A stretch of 51,633 nucleotides of DNA from Octopus bimaculoides (lineage: Eukaryota), in contig NC_068988.1 of the NCBI RefSeq assembly GCF_001194135.2, positions 44,473,555 to 44,525,187 of the forward strand. Reading direction: 5' to 3'. Below the pieces are notes generated by a model. It saw only the letters and a program-made list of their open reading frames with translations. It was not told the origin of the DNA and searched no databases. Shown piece by piece: positions 1-12,029 of this stretch (within the stretch, counting starts at the first letter, position 1; every line of letters starts with the position of its first letter). Position numbers and translations under genes: made by a program.

Positions 1-68
<68 letters not shown>

Positions 69-78
69 TGTATGTATT
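1..78. repeat. (TA)n followed by (TATG)n microsatellite
   Basis: Read directly from the sequence. Confidence 0.95.
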
Positions 79-678
79 TGTGTGCATGTGTGTTGGTGAG
101 TTCATGCATTATGAGTGAAAGGGGGAGAGAAAAACATACAAAACATTTATCAAAAGCTTAATATTTTATGTGCTTAATTTATAAGAAATACAAATGTTTA
201 TTAAAATTTTGAAGTTTATGTGTTAATTTTTAAAAAAAAATTTATGCATCTGTTTCTTTAATTTCTTTAATTTGCATTTTTTTTTTATTAATTTCTTGCA
301 GGCTTGTATTTTTTATTGCCATTTAAGTTATTTGTGTGAGCATGGTTTTCTTTTCTCTCTTTACAATCTGTGAGATAATATTAGTTCTTGGCAAAATTTA
401 ACACCTTTTGAGACTGATTTAATTAGCTACTTCTATTGGGCGTTTAATTAGACAAAAACCTGCTGTCTGTAGAGCCACTTGGTAAAGTTGTGCTGCAAAG
501 TATAGTTTGAATGTATTGTATTGTTTTTGTGTTTTTATTCCTCCTTACCAGCATAATTAGTAAACTACTTAGTAAATATTGTCTGTGTTGGATGTAATGA
601 GATTATTACTAGATGTTTTTACTATGTTTTATAACAGTACCATATAATGTAGTAATAACTATTCTATATGAAAACATA

Positions 679-830
679 GGTGCAGGCATGGCTGTGTGGA
701 TAAGAAGCTCACTTTGCAAGCATGTGGTTTTGGGTTCAGTCTCAATGCACCAGGCAAGTGTCTTCTACCATAGCTCCAGGCTGGCAAATATTTTGTGAGT
801 GAATTTGGCAAATGGAAACTGTGTGGAAAT
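679..830 (+). mobile_element. SINE family A, 5' half (degenerate)
   Basis: GGCTGTGTGG...GGGTTCAGTC...GGCAAGTGTCTTCTAC...GTGAGTGAATTTGG matches the head of the fuller copy at 9900-10285. Confidence 0.75.
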
Positions 831-879
831 TTATCTCACACACTTGGAAGAAATGAAGCTAGTATGCTTTGCTGGATGT

Positions 880-1478
880 GTAGTGTCAGTGTACATGTTT
901 GACAGAGTGTAAGCATTTTGAGAGAAAAGCTGGGTATAAGAAGCATCAGATGTGGTGTGCAAGAGAGACAACTGTGCTGGTATGGTCATATGATGCATAT
1001 GGACAAGGACAGCTGTGTAAAGAAGTGCCGATCTTTAACTGTGGAGAGAACCTGTGGTAGAGGTAGACCCAGGAAGACATGGGATGAGGTGGTGAAGTAT
1101 GATCTTCCAATTCTGAGCCTTGCAAAGACAATGACTAGTGACTGAGACCTTTGGCAATATGCTGTGCTAGAGAAGACCCATCAAGCCAAGTGAAATCATA
1201 GTCATGACTGATGCTGGTGTCATGTAATTGGCATCCAAGCCTGTAGCATATAAAAAGCACCTTTCAAGAATTGGGCCTCATGGAAGCGAGTTCCTTTTGA
1301 GCGTTGGGCCTCATGGAGTCGAATTCTTCTTTGAGCATTGGGCCTCATAGAAGCAAGTTCCTTTTGAGTGTCGAGTCTCATGGAGGTAAAGTGGCTGAGT
1401 CCCTTTTGAGTGTCAGGCCTCTTTGAGGCAATGATTGAGACCTTTGACATTATGTCGTGCTTGAGAAGAACCATGAAG
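880..1478 (+). mobile_element. RTE-clade LINE 3' fragment (ORF C-terminus plus 3' UTR)
   Basis: 918-1145 translates to LCWYGHMMHMDKDSCVKKCRSLTVERTCGRGRPRKTWDEVV, matching the RTE C-terminal pattern LRW(F/Y)GHxxRM...GRGRPRKTW. A ~33-bp tandem unit follows in the UTR. Confidence 0.85.
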
Positions 1479-1697
1479 TTGAGCATCAAGCTGTAGATCT
1501 TATTAATATTTAAATTTAGGTCCAAGCTTTGTCATCCAGTTAATCACGAAGCAGCTGCTTACAAGATTTAGAAGTTAATCCATGGACCTACCCTGCCAGG
1601 GTTTACATTGGTAGTATGATTAGAATAAGTATCAGTTGAACACTGGTGCCAATGTAATTGACTTCTCCCTCCTGCAAATTTTCATGCCTTCTCCCTA

Positions 1698-2104
1698 TAC
1701 TCTTTTACTTGTTTCAGTCATTTGACTGTGGCCATGCTGGAGCACCACCTTTAGTTGAGCAAATCGACCCCAGGACTTATTCTTTGTAAGCCTAGTACTT
1801 ATTCTATCGGTCTCTTTTGCCAAGCTGCTAAGTTACGGGGCTGTAAACAAACCAGCATCAGTTGTCAAGTGATGTTGGGGGGTCAAACACAGACACACAA
1901 ACATATACACACACATACATATATATATATATACATATATATGACAGGCTTCTTTCAGTTTCCATCTACCAAATCCACTCACTAGGCTTTGGTCGGCCCG
2001 AGGCTATAGTAAAAGACACTTGCCCAAGGTGCCATGCAGTGGGATTGAACCCAGAACCATGTGGTTGGTAAGCAACTACTTACCACACAGCCACTCCTGC
2101 GCCT
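1698..2104 (-). mobile_element. SINE family A, near full length
   Basis: Reverse complement of the 9900-10285 copy: tail TACTCTTTTACTTGTTTCAGTCATTTGACTG, internal (CA/TA)n, head CTTACCACACAGCCACTCC. Confidence 0.9.
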
Positions 2105-2516
2105 GTAATAAAAAAAAATTTCTTAAATGGAAGACAGCAAGTTTTGTTTGAGAGGAGTATAGTAAATTTAATCATCTCATGTATTTTTACCAAACAGAAC
2201 TTTTTTGATACTAATGAGGTGAAAATCAAAGATGAGTCTACCATTACAGAATCTCTGAGTACAATATGATGCGGCTAAAATGTGTGTCATTTAGTTTTGT
2301 ATTTTACACTATTCTTACCAACTTACAATTAACCTCAAATTGGAGAAACAGGAGTAAAAAAAATGAAAGCACAGTGGGTTGTTTGTAAACACTGCTTCAG
2401 GTTAAGTTAAAGTCTCCAATTATCTCGGTCCAATTTCCCACTGATTTAGTGTTTCTGTACATTGGTTGTACATTTAAATTGCTGCATATGGTGGTTCATG
2501 TGCAATAAGCTCATCA

Positions 2517-3228
2517 TTATCATCATCGTTTAACGTCTGCTTTCCATGCTGACATGGGTTGGATGGTTTGACTGAGGACTGACAAACCAGTGGGGCTGCA
2601 CCAGGCTCCTATCTGATCTGGTAAGGTTTCTACAGATGGAAGCCCTTCCTAACACCAACCATTCTGAGAGTGTAGCGGGTGTGTTTTACATGCCACCAGC
2701 ATGGGACCCAATCAAGCAGCACTGTATTGACCATCCTTGAATGGTGCTTTTTGCATGCCACTAGCATGAGAGCCAGTCTGGCAGCACTGGCATCGACCAA
2801 GCTTGAATGGTGCTTTTTACATGCCACTGGCATGGGAGCCAGTCCAGCAGCACTGGCATCGACCATGCTTAAATGGTGCTTTTTACATGCCCTTGGCATG
2901 GGTGCCAGTCTGGTGGCACTTGTATCAGCTATGACAACGATTTCACTTGACTCAACAGGTCTTCTCAAGCACAGTATATTGCCTGACAATTGAAGGGTAC
3001 TCTTAAATGGGCTGGTTATGTGACCCTGGCATTGGCCACGATCTCACTTGATTTGCTGGGTCCTCTCAAGCACAGCATATCGCCAAAGGTCTCAGTCACT
3101 TGTCATTGCTTCTGTGAGGCCCAACTTTCTTGGTCTACCTCTCCCTCAGGTTTCCTCCACTGTTAGGGTGTGACACTTCTTCATGCAGCTCTCCTCATCC
3201 ATACGCAACTCATGACCATATCACACAC
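2517..3228 (-). mobile_element. RTE-clade LINE 3' end with (ATG)n tail and four ~63-bp UTR units
   Basis: (CAT)n-CGTTTAACGTC tail at the left end and tandem units at ~2680-2930. The minus strand of ~3125-3220 encodes a YGHELRMDEESCMKKCHTLTVEET-like RTE C-terminus. Confidence 0.85.
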
Positions 3229-3295
3229 ATACTCGTATATTTCACAAAACTCTTATCCCCTGCTCCAGCTTTCTTCATCTATTCCATACCATTAA

Positions 3296-3530
3296 CCCTT
3301 TAGCATTCGAACTGGTCATATCCAGCCCAAATATTCTACTTGTTTTATGTTTAAAGTGGTCAGTTCCAGTCTCTCATGCCTACCCTTACAATGTCATTCT
3401 AAAAACAATCACTTCATCAAGATATTACGTCATCAAAATCTCAAAGCTATGGGATAACATATGAATCAAATCAAAACAATGTGAATTAATAAGCATTTTT
3501 ATTTGACAAAATAATCCAAATGCTAAAAGG
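3296..3530. mobile_element. piggyBac-like MITE (TTAA target), copy 1
   Basis: TTAA|CCCTTTAGCATT ... AATGCTAAAAGG|TTAA: terminal inverted repeats flanked by TTAA on both sides. Confidence 0.8.
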
Positions 3531-4129
3531 TTAAGTGTCAGATATAAAAAAAAAACCCTTTTTAATCACACATTTTCTTATCCCATTTTAGATTTTAGAT
3601 GTTGCATATATATATGTGGTAGATCACATAAAGTTTCCCTCACAGGGCTGCTATCCATCAAGTATGCTTTAGATGTTTTTACCTCTTCACCTCTTACCAC
3701 TTGGGTATTGTATGCATTGTTAATGGGCTCTTGGTTTCTCCTGACATCATTCATTTTTAACAGTAAGACTGTTATTTATTAGCATCTGAAGGTTGCATGT
3801 TGTGTATGCTATGTATTAAAAGCTCTTTATTTAGTATATCTGATCCCTAGCTGCAATTATGGCTTTGATGAATTCTGGGGTCTTTTTAACAGTTGAAGAA
3901 TTGCTAATGTGTATACAGTGTTTCTCAGATTCCAAGTAACTTGTTTTTTTTTTCTAAATATTATGGTTCTCCCCTTACAACTGGCATAGACTGACTGCTG
4001 AGATTGAACCTTGAGGCTTTTTGTGTGCGAGGGAAAGTAGTGGTCAGTTTGTTACCGGGTTGTGAAGTTTAGTCAAAGAGTGTTGGTAATTTTGGTATCT
4101 TTTCTCTTCATCGCTGTTACCTGCAGCAT

Positions 4130-4423
4130 CACCACAGCCACCACCACCATCCCCACAACCACCGCCACCGCCACCACCACCACCACTTTCAACATCACCA
4201 CAGCAGCACTCCTCAAACTACAACCATGACTACAACCACCACAACAACCTACAACCATCACCACCACCACTACAACCATCACCACCACAACTACAACCAT
4301 CACCACCACCGCTACAACCATCACCACCATCTCTACAACCATCACCACCACCACGACCACCACCACCATTATGAGTATACAATCACTATTATCATTACAT
4401 CCAGCTTACCATCACCATCGTCG

Positions 4424-4459
<36 letters not shown>

Positions 4460-4495
4460 ATATCACCATCATCATCATCATCACCGTCATTAATG
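4130..4495. repeat. Compound (ACC)/(ACAACCATC)/(ATC)n low-complexity repeat
   Basis: Read directly. It explains the poly-V and poly-H ORFs in the track. Confidence 0.9.
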
Positions 4496-5478
4496 ACGAA
4501 AATCAATAAGAAAGATAACAGTTACAGATATATTCACTAAATAAAGTTAGCTAAAGCATTATACAAAAAGCAGCAAAAAATTTACAAAAAAAAAACCCCA
4601 AAAAGATAAAAATCAAACACTTTTTGAAAATAGAAAAGCCAAAATGCAAACCAAATAAACCTAAAAAAACAACTTGCATGGATATTATCAGTTTCTCTTT
4701 CATTTTTCTTTTATTTTATTTAGTATGTTTAAATATTCAAAGCAATGTCGTGTGATTTTTCACAGTTTCTGTTGCCACCATGTAACTTGTGTTTTTTACC
4801 TGTGCAGGAATAAGTTTAAATAAATAATATTCTCTCAGAGAATACTGTAGCAATTCTTGAACCAACTAAAGCAGAATTGTGTCAGAAGAGATGAGGAGAA
4901 AACAAATAAACAGTAAAAGGAGGAGGAGGAGGCAGAAGATAAAAAAAAACAAAAAATATATATATATATATAGGCAAACATTACTATAATAAAATGAAAT
5001 AAAGTAAAGATGAAATAAAATACAAAAAAGACCCCAAAATAACAAACAAAATACTCTTACTCCCAACAAGATTCCAATTACTGAATATATAGTGTGAATT
5101 ATTGAACAGCTTGAATGAGGATATAAAATTACATTCTAACTGCAAATCTCAGAAATACTTAGGTGTTAAGTTAAATATCATCTTCTGTTCTGTGTTATTT
5201 GGTCTGAGAGAATGGCAGCTATGAAACTGTTCTTGTGTTTTGGCTTGTTTCTTGATAATGTAAATTCTAAGTATCACATGTGTCTACTTGGTATTTTCTT
5301 TACTTCAGGCTGATTGTGATATCATCTCTTCGAGTGGTTGACTGTGCGTGATATATTCAGGTTTTGAGGAGATATCTGCATAGACAATAATAATGATGCA
5401 GGCTCTGTCAGAAAGAAATCTGGCTGGGCCACAGAGTATGGTTAAGGGTGTCTGTTATGTATTGGAGGGGGGGGGGGG

Positions 5479-5787
5479 NNNNNNNNNNNNNNNNNNNNNN
5501 NNNNNNNNNNNNNNNNNNNNNNNNNNNNNNNNNNNNNNNNNNNNNNNNNNNNNNNNNNNNNNNNNNNNNNNNNNNNNNNNNNNNNNNNNNNNNNNNNNNN
5601 NNNNNNNNNNNNNNNNNNNNNNNNNNNNNNNNNNNNNNNNNNNNNNNNNNNNNNNNNNNNNNNNNNNNNNNNNNNNNNNNNNNNNNNNNNNNNNNNNNNN
5701 NNNNNNNNNNNNNNNNNNNNNNNNNNNNNNNNNNNNNNNNNNNNNNNNNNNNNNNNNNNNNNNNNNNNNNNNNNNNNNNNNNNNNNN
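5479..5787. other. Assembly gap (N-run)
   Basis: N bases. Other gaps are at 8157-9076, 14557-15213, 18726-19091, 33979-34271, 44044-44053 and 44756-44855. Confidence 1.
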
Positions 5788-6133
5788 TATATATATATAT
5801 ATATCTATATATATATCTATATATATGTATATGTATGTATATGTATATATGTATGTATTATGTATGTATTGATGCGAGTACTTCTGTGTTTGTATATATT
5901 TATGCATATAAATGTATATATGTATTTGTATATATGACATACACACTTATCTTTCTGCTTGTATGTATGTGCATATATATTTTTTCCTCTTTTCTTCTCT
6001 GGGGGAGTTGGGCTGCTCTTGATTAAATCTAAATATAAAGACTTAATCAAAATGCTATTGTGATTCTTATTAGCAAATGAAACACATGTAATGGAGAATA
6101 AATAACAGTGAAAGATTTCCATTTTCTTATTAT

Positions 6134-6170
<37 letters not shown>

Positions 6171-6234
6171 TCATCATTGTCATTCAATGTCTGTTGTATG
6201 TATAAATATATATATGTATCTCTCTATATATATA

Positions 6235-6570
6235 TTGGGTTGACAACTAAGTTCCCACCGCTTTTTAGAATTTAAATTTTTTAAAAGGTTTCATAAAAAA
6301 TAGCAACTAATTAATCAATAATGTATTCGCCCTTGTTGTTTACAACTTCTTCCCAACGTTCAACAAAATCTTCAATACTCGTTGGTAGATATCATTTGAT
6401 TTCAACTCAAAAAATTGATCCTACCAATCTCTCAATTCTGCATCAGTATTGAATGAAACTCCGTGCATAACATTTGAAAGATATTGAAAGAGGTGGAAAT
6501 CCATTGGTACACATCAGACTGTAACGGCAGAGTGCATTTAACCCCACTTCAAACTGGAGGTAGAAATCTG
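6235..6570 (-). mobile_element. mariner transposon 3' relic (terminal repeat plus transposase C-terminus)
   Basis: TA|TTGGGTTGACAACTAAGTT is a mariner-type TIR. The minus strand reads FHLFQYLSNVMHGVSFNTDAELRDW*DQFFELKS... and, after a frameshift, VERWEEVVNNKGEYIID*. Confidence 0.85.
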
Positions 6571-6696
6571 TTACAGTCAGTTAATTTGTAAACAAAGAAT
6601 AAAATACTGTTTGCGGTTTAGCCAGGGTTATCTCCCTTAGACCAGTTTAGTTGGCAAGTCTCATGGACTTAAGGAGCAAACAGGGAATCTCTGCCT

Positions 6697-7110
6697 CTAG
6701 GCTGTTTCCAGTCTGCAAAGACTTTTTCCTGCTCTAATCAACGATTGGGGAATCCCATGCTTGCAACAGGTAATGTTTGAAATGGGGGCAGGAGTATAGA
6801 TCTCATGTCTGGAACTTAAGAGAGAATCTGGATCCTGGGAGTCTTTAAGGATCCTAGTTTGCTCTGCTATGCAAAGCTTGCATAATCCACTCCCATTTAT
6901 GTAGGACAACAGCTGCTCTATGGCCCCGTAATTTTGTGTGGAGTTCCTTCATCTTTAAGGCACCATACATCGCTGGCCTGGGACATGATGTACCACCCTT
7001 CTGGAATCCTGAAAGAAGATCTGTGGTTGTACAGGCACTACTTTAAGGCAATTCCAGCCAACCTGATATATCTCTGGACTGGAGTGCTGGTTGTGTTCAC
7101 AAAACTGGTG
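6697..7110 (-). mobile_element. Penelope-like element GIY-YIG endonuclease relic
   Basis: YIRLAGIALK*CLYNHRSSFR...VWCLKDEGTPHKI and YINGSGLCKLCIAEQTRIL...LLSSRHEI match the PLE pattern YIG...FKxRxxNHxxSF...WxLK...CxLCxxE...LNxRxE. Stops and frameshifts are present. Confidence 0.75.
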
Positions 7111-7284
7111 TGTCTTCTATTGGCTGCAGGCCTGGAGTTCTTGTTATTGCTGCTGTTATTACTGGAGCTGTCATTGGTGCTGTTATTTTGAGGCATGGAT
7201 CTAGTGATATCATTATAATTGTTGTTGTTACAGTAGCCATCCCTGGCCATATTCCTGGTGTTGCTGCAGCTGCTGTTGCTGATA

Positions 7285-7513
7285 TATCATCATCATCGTT
7301 TAACGTCCGCTTTCCATGTTAGCATGGGTTGGACGATTTGACTGAGGACTGGCGAACCAGATGGATGCACCAGGCTCCAATCTGATCTGGCAGAGTTTCT
7401 GCAGCTGGATGCCCTTCCTAACGCCAACCACTCCGAGAGTGTAGTGGGTGCTTTTACGGGCCACCGGCACGAGGGCCAATCTGGCAGTACTGGCAATGGC
7501 CATGCTCAAATGG

Positions 7514-7518
<5 letters not shown>
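7285..7518 (-). mobile_element. RTE 3'-UTR fragment with (ATG)n tail
   Basis: CATCATCATCGTTTAACGTCCGCTTTCCATG... same family as 2517-3228 and 38570-38955. Confidence 0.85.
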
Positions 7519-7554
<36 letters not shown>

Positions 7555-9076
7555 TATATTAAACTGTCATATGTCCAAATTTAGCCAAATGTGTTTTTTT
7601 TCAATACTTATTTTTGCAAAAGATTGTTCTTTTGGTCAGACTATCATATCTCCAGCTGCTTCAGATGTCAAGATATCAAAAATTGTCAAAGTGTAGTACA
7701 ACAGTTTTGCTATAGAATGGTAAAACTATCTTATCATTTTCTGAAAAAGCAACATCTTAGACTTACGGCACTTTTGCATAATAGCAACGATATATATATT
7801 GAAGTGTACAGTATTATATATCTATTACGGCCAATAGATATATAATACTGTGCACTTAGATTAATATACCACTCTACTGACCGACATATAAGTGTATTTT
7901 TTCTTGACTTATGGACTTACACACATGCACACACACACACACATGTATGTGTGTGTGTGTATATATATATATAATGTGTGTGTATATATGTGATATATGT
8001 GTGTGTGTGTACATATATGCGTTCATTCATCTGTATAAGCCTTGCCTATGCTTGAGGCTAGCCAATTGTCTTGTACTACAACCATGTTGGATTTTGCTAC
8101 TTTATTATATGCATATGTTTTTATACATACAACATATATATATATATATATATATANNNNNNNNNNNNNNNNNNNNNNNNNNNNNNNNNNNNNNNNNNNN
8201 NNNNNNNNNNNNNNNNNNNNNNNNNNNNNNNNNNNNNNNNNNNNNNNNNNNNNNNNNNNNNNNNNNNNNNNNNNNNNNNNNNNNNNNNNNNNNNNNNNNN
8301 NNNNNNNNNNNNNNNNNNNNNNNNNNNNNNNNNNNNNNNNNNNNNNNNNNNNNNNNNNNNNNNNNNNNNNNNNNNNNNNNNNNNNNNNNNNNNNNNNNNN
8401 NNNNNNNNNNNNNNNNNNNNNNNNNNNNNNNNNNNNNNNNNNNNNNNNNNNNNNNNNNNNNNNNNNNNNNNNNNNNNNNNNNNNNNNNNNNNNNNNNNNN
8501 NNNNNNNNNNNNNNNNNNNNNNNNNNNNNNNNNNNNNNNNNNNNNNNNNNNNNNNNNNNNNNNNNNNNNNNNNNNNNNNNNNNNNNNNNNNNNNNNNNNN
8601 NNNNNNNNNNNNNNNNNNNNNNNNNNNNNNNNNNNNNNNNNNNNNNNNNNNNNNNNNNNNNNNNNNNNNNNNNNNNNNNNNNNNNNNNNNNNNNNNNNNN
8701 NNNNNNNNNNNNNNNNNNNNNNNNNNNNNNNNNNNNNNNNNNNNNNNNNNNNNNNNNNNNNNNNNNNNNNNNNNNNNNNNNNNNNNNNNNNNNNNNNNNN
8801 NNNNNNNNNNNNNNNNNNNNNNNNNNNNNNNNNNNNNNNNNNNNNNNNNNNNNNNNNNNNNNNNNNNNNNNNNNNNNNNNNNNNNNNNNNNNNNNNNNNN
8901 NNNNNNNNNNNNNNNNNNNNNNNNNNNNNNNNNNNNNNNNNNNNNNNNNNNNNNNNNNNNNNNNNNNNNNNNNNNNNNNNNNNNNNNNNNNNNNNNNNNN
9001 NNNNNNNNNNNNNNNNNNNNNNNNNNNNNNNNNNNNNNNNNNNNNNNNNNNNNNNNNNNNNNNNNNNNNNNNNNNN

Positions 9077-9139
<63 letters not shown>
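9077..9139. repeat. (CA)n microsatellite beside a gap
   Basis: Read directly. Confidence 0.95.
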
Positions 9140-9140
<1 letters not shown>

Positions 9141-9899
9141 GCACACACACAAAACATAGTATACACACTAATATAGAATAGCAAAGTGCTGTACAGACAG
9201 AAATAAGAAGAGCTGAACATTATAATAAGGTAAACTTAAACATTGTTTTATCAAATAAATAATATATTTAAATAACAATGTACTTCTGTGTTTATAAAGC
9301 TTGCAGAAATTGGAGAATCGGCAGACACAGCAGAAGCCTGTTTCATTTCTGCACTGTTTTATTTTATTTCTATTCTGAATGTATACCCAGATCTAATACG
9401 TTTATTAAGCTTCATGGATGAATACCTCTCCTTATTTAAAGTACCCCAAGGGTATAGCCAGATTTTCTATTTCACATCACACCTATTTAGTTTCAGCAGA
9501 ACAGATCAGTGCAATTTGTTGGATAATTAACCATTTGACTTGTAGTCAAGGAGATTATTATTGTATGAGCTAGTATTGATTGGACTACTAATGCACACTC
9601 CAATGTTTCTATTCATCATACATTTTAACTGTTATATTCTAACTGTCTTCAGGTATTATGACAGTGAATATTTACATTTCCTTTGGTATGGATTGAGCTT
9701 ATATTTCCTTATATTTCCATATGATTCAGAGAGATTAAGTTATTAAGTAGTTAATTCCATTTTTCATGTTATACTTCTTACTTGTCAAGGGATGGCATGT
9801 GGCCTCATTACTTATTGAAGTCAGCTGCCCAGTGACATTGGTGCACCATTTCTTGCAAAAGATTGCTCAGGAACCCAGATAACTGAAGATAGTCACCAA

Positions 9900-10285
9900 G
9901 GAGGAGTGGCTGTGTGGTAAGTAGTTTGCTTACCAACCACATGGTTCTGGGTTCAGTCCCACTGCATGCCACCTTGGGCAAGTGTCTTCTACTATAGCCT
10001 CGGGCCGACCAAAGACTTGTGAGTGGATTTGGTAGATGGAAACTGAAAGAAGCCCGTCGTATATATGTATATATGTATGTATGTTTATGTGTCTGTGTTT
10101 GTCCCTCCACCATCGCTTGACAACCGATGCTGGTGTGTTTACATCCCCGTAACTTAGTGGTTCAGCAAGAGAATGAGTACTAGGCTTACAAACAATAAGT
10201 CCTGGAGTCGATTTGCTCGACTAAAGGCGGTGCTCCAGCATGGCCGCAGTCAAATGACTGAAACAAGTAAAAGAGTAAAAGAGTA
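9900..10285 (+). mobile_element. SINE family A, full length (tRNA-like head, internal TA/TG microsatellite, AAAAGAGT tail)
   Basis: Head GGAGTGGCTGTGTGGTAAG...GGGTTCAGTCCC (A/B-box-like) and tail GACTGAAACAAGTAAAAGAGTAAAAGAGTA. More than ten related copies or fragments occur in the window. Confidence 0.9.
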
Positions 10286-10730
10286 AGGAAATAAGCATCA
10301 CAGCTGAAACCAGCTCAAGGTGACTGTGGTTCACAAAAGACCACAGGTGGAACCTTTCTGCAAGTAAAACCTCATCCAGCCCTTACTGCTCCACTCAGGT
10401 GAAGCATATAGGCTAAGAAGCAAAATACTTGTGACTTTCTGATACCTGCTAATGATATGGAAGATTTTCCAACATCGTGATAGGTTCAAAAGGGCTTGTG
10501 ATATATCTGTGTGGCTCCTTCAGTTTTTGCATGTGGCAAAGCAACTCCAATGTTTGTTTTACCTGTGCACATGTTTAAATATTATTTCACATGCACATAT
10601 ATATTGTTTTGGTCAAGTATTTGAGCTAGCAGAATCTTGTAACAAAATTGAACCTGTTTATCTTGTCTCACACAATGAAACTAATAAATGTCATGCTAAC
10701 TAGGCCTAACAGAAATGTATATATATTAAG

Positions 10731-11088
10731 ATTCTTTTACTTGTTTCAGTCATTTGACTGTGGCCATGGTGGAGCACCACCTTTAATCAAACAAATCGAC
10801 CCCAGGACTTATTGTTTGTTAGCCTAGTATTTATTCTATCGGTCGCTTATGCTGAACCACTAAGTTACGGGGATGTAGACACACCAACATTGGTTGTCAA
10901 GCGATGGTGGGGGAACAAACACAGACACGGCTGTTTGGTAAGTAGCTTGCTTACCAACCACATAGTTCCGGGTTCAGTCTCAATGTGTGGCACCTTGGGC
11001 AAGTGTCTTCTACTACAATCTTGGGCCAACCAAAGCCTTGTGAGTGGATTTGGTAGACGGAAACTGAAAGAAGCCCATCGTATATATG

Positions 11089-11139
<51 letters not shown>

Positions 11140-11360
11140 GTGTATGTGTGTGTGTATGTTTGTGTGTCAGTGTTTGTCCCCCAACATCACATGACTGTGT
11201 GTTTATGTCCTCGTAACTTAGCGGTTCGGCTAAAGAGACCGATAAAATAAGTACTAGGCTTACAAAGAATAAGTCCTGGGGTCGATTTCTTCTACTAAAG
11301 GTGGTGCTCCAGCATGGCCACAGTCAAATGACTGAAACAAGTAAAAGAGTAAAAGAGTAA

Positions 11361-11402
<42 letters not shown>

Positions 11403-11489
11403 GGCTGCTTTCAGTTTTTGTTTACCAAATCCACTCACAAGGCTTTGGTTGGCCCAACGCTATAGTAGAAGACACTTGTCGAAGGTGCG
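10731..11489 (-). mobile_element. SINE family A copy (3' half 10731-10928, 5' half 11398-11489) interrupted by a second copy
   Basis: The two minus-strand halves flank the plus-strand copy at 10929-11360. Confidence 0.8.
10929..11360 (+). mobile_element. SINE family A, full length, nested
   Basis: GGCTGTTTGGTAAGTAGCTTGCTTACC ... GTAAAAGAGTAAAAGAGTA. Confidence 0.9.
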
Positions 11490-11678
11490 GTTAGAAAATA
11501 ATTATGTATTTCCTACATTTAGAAATCTTGGAAAAAGAATTATCAGGAAGTATGCGTTTCAAATTTGGGCACAAGTCCAGGAATTTTAGTTGGAAGGAAA
11601 CTTAACTTGTGGTTTATTTTATTGACCGAACCACAGAAATATTGCAATTCTGATGACATGCTCACAATTCTGCCAGCT

Positions 11679-11962
11679 TAGTGGTTTGGGTATTGGTAAG
11701 GTTGTGAATTTGATTCCTGGCAGTGTTTTGTGCTTTTGAGCTAGATACTTTTTCCTGTTGCTCAAGTCAACTCAGCTGGCAAAAATGAGTTGTCCCTGGG
11801 AGTTAAAAGGCTGGCTCTGTCCCATTTTGTGACATGCTGAATCTCACTGAGAACTACATTAAGGGTACACATGCCTACGAAGGGCTCATTCACTTGCAAG
11901 TTAATTTCATGAACAGGCCGTTCCCTTGAGTGGATAAGTGGAACACCCATTATTGTAACCAA
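11679..11962 (+). mobile_element. tRNA-derived SINE, family D (degenerate)
   Basis: TAGTGG..., CAACTCAGCTGGCAAAAATGAG and GAGAACTACATTAAGGGTACAC are shared with 13085-13396, 34985-35250 and 42410-42650. Confidence 0.7.
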
Positions 11963-12029
11963 TGAAATGTCAGTTATGTATTTCCAAAAGAAGAGAGAAC
12001 AAATACCATCGTCATTGTCTATGAAAGCA

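Noticed and set aside
2198-2269. Short acceptor-led frames such as NFFDTNEVKIKDESTITESLSTI*, and similar ones at 7640-7719, 19280-19376 and 32489-32542(-)
   Set aside because: The splice signals are weak or partial, and such short frames are expected by chance in AT-rich DNA.
2400-2435. Minus-strand peptide WTEIIGDFNL, resembling the APE GDFN motif
   Set aside because: It is an isolated motif. No other endonuclease motifs are recognisable in order around it.
2680-2930. Repeat arrays that look CRISPR-like (the ~60-bp units here and the 15-mer at 22419)
   Set aside because: There are no unique spacers, the units sit inside RTE/SINE bodies, the context is eukaryotic, and no cas genes are present.
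4226-4540. Poly-His/Ser ORF
   Set aside because: It is a by-product of ACC/ATC triplet repeats, with no unique coding context.
5466-5478. Poly-G run as a G-quadruplex site
   Set aside because: It abuts an assembly gap, so its length and context are unreliable.
5393-9220. Long ORFs in the track (for example 7911-9176, 421 aa), and similar ones at 14458-15291, 33838-34439 and 44638-45048
   Set aside because: They are open only because they run through N-gaps and dinucleotide repeats.
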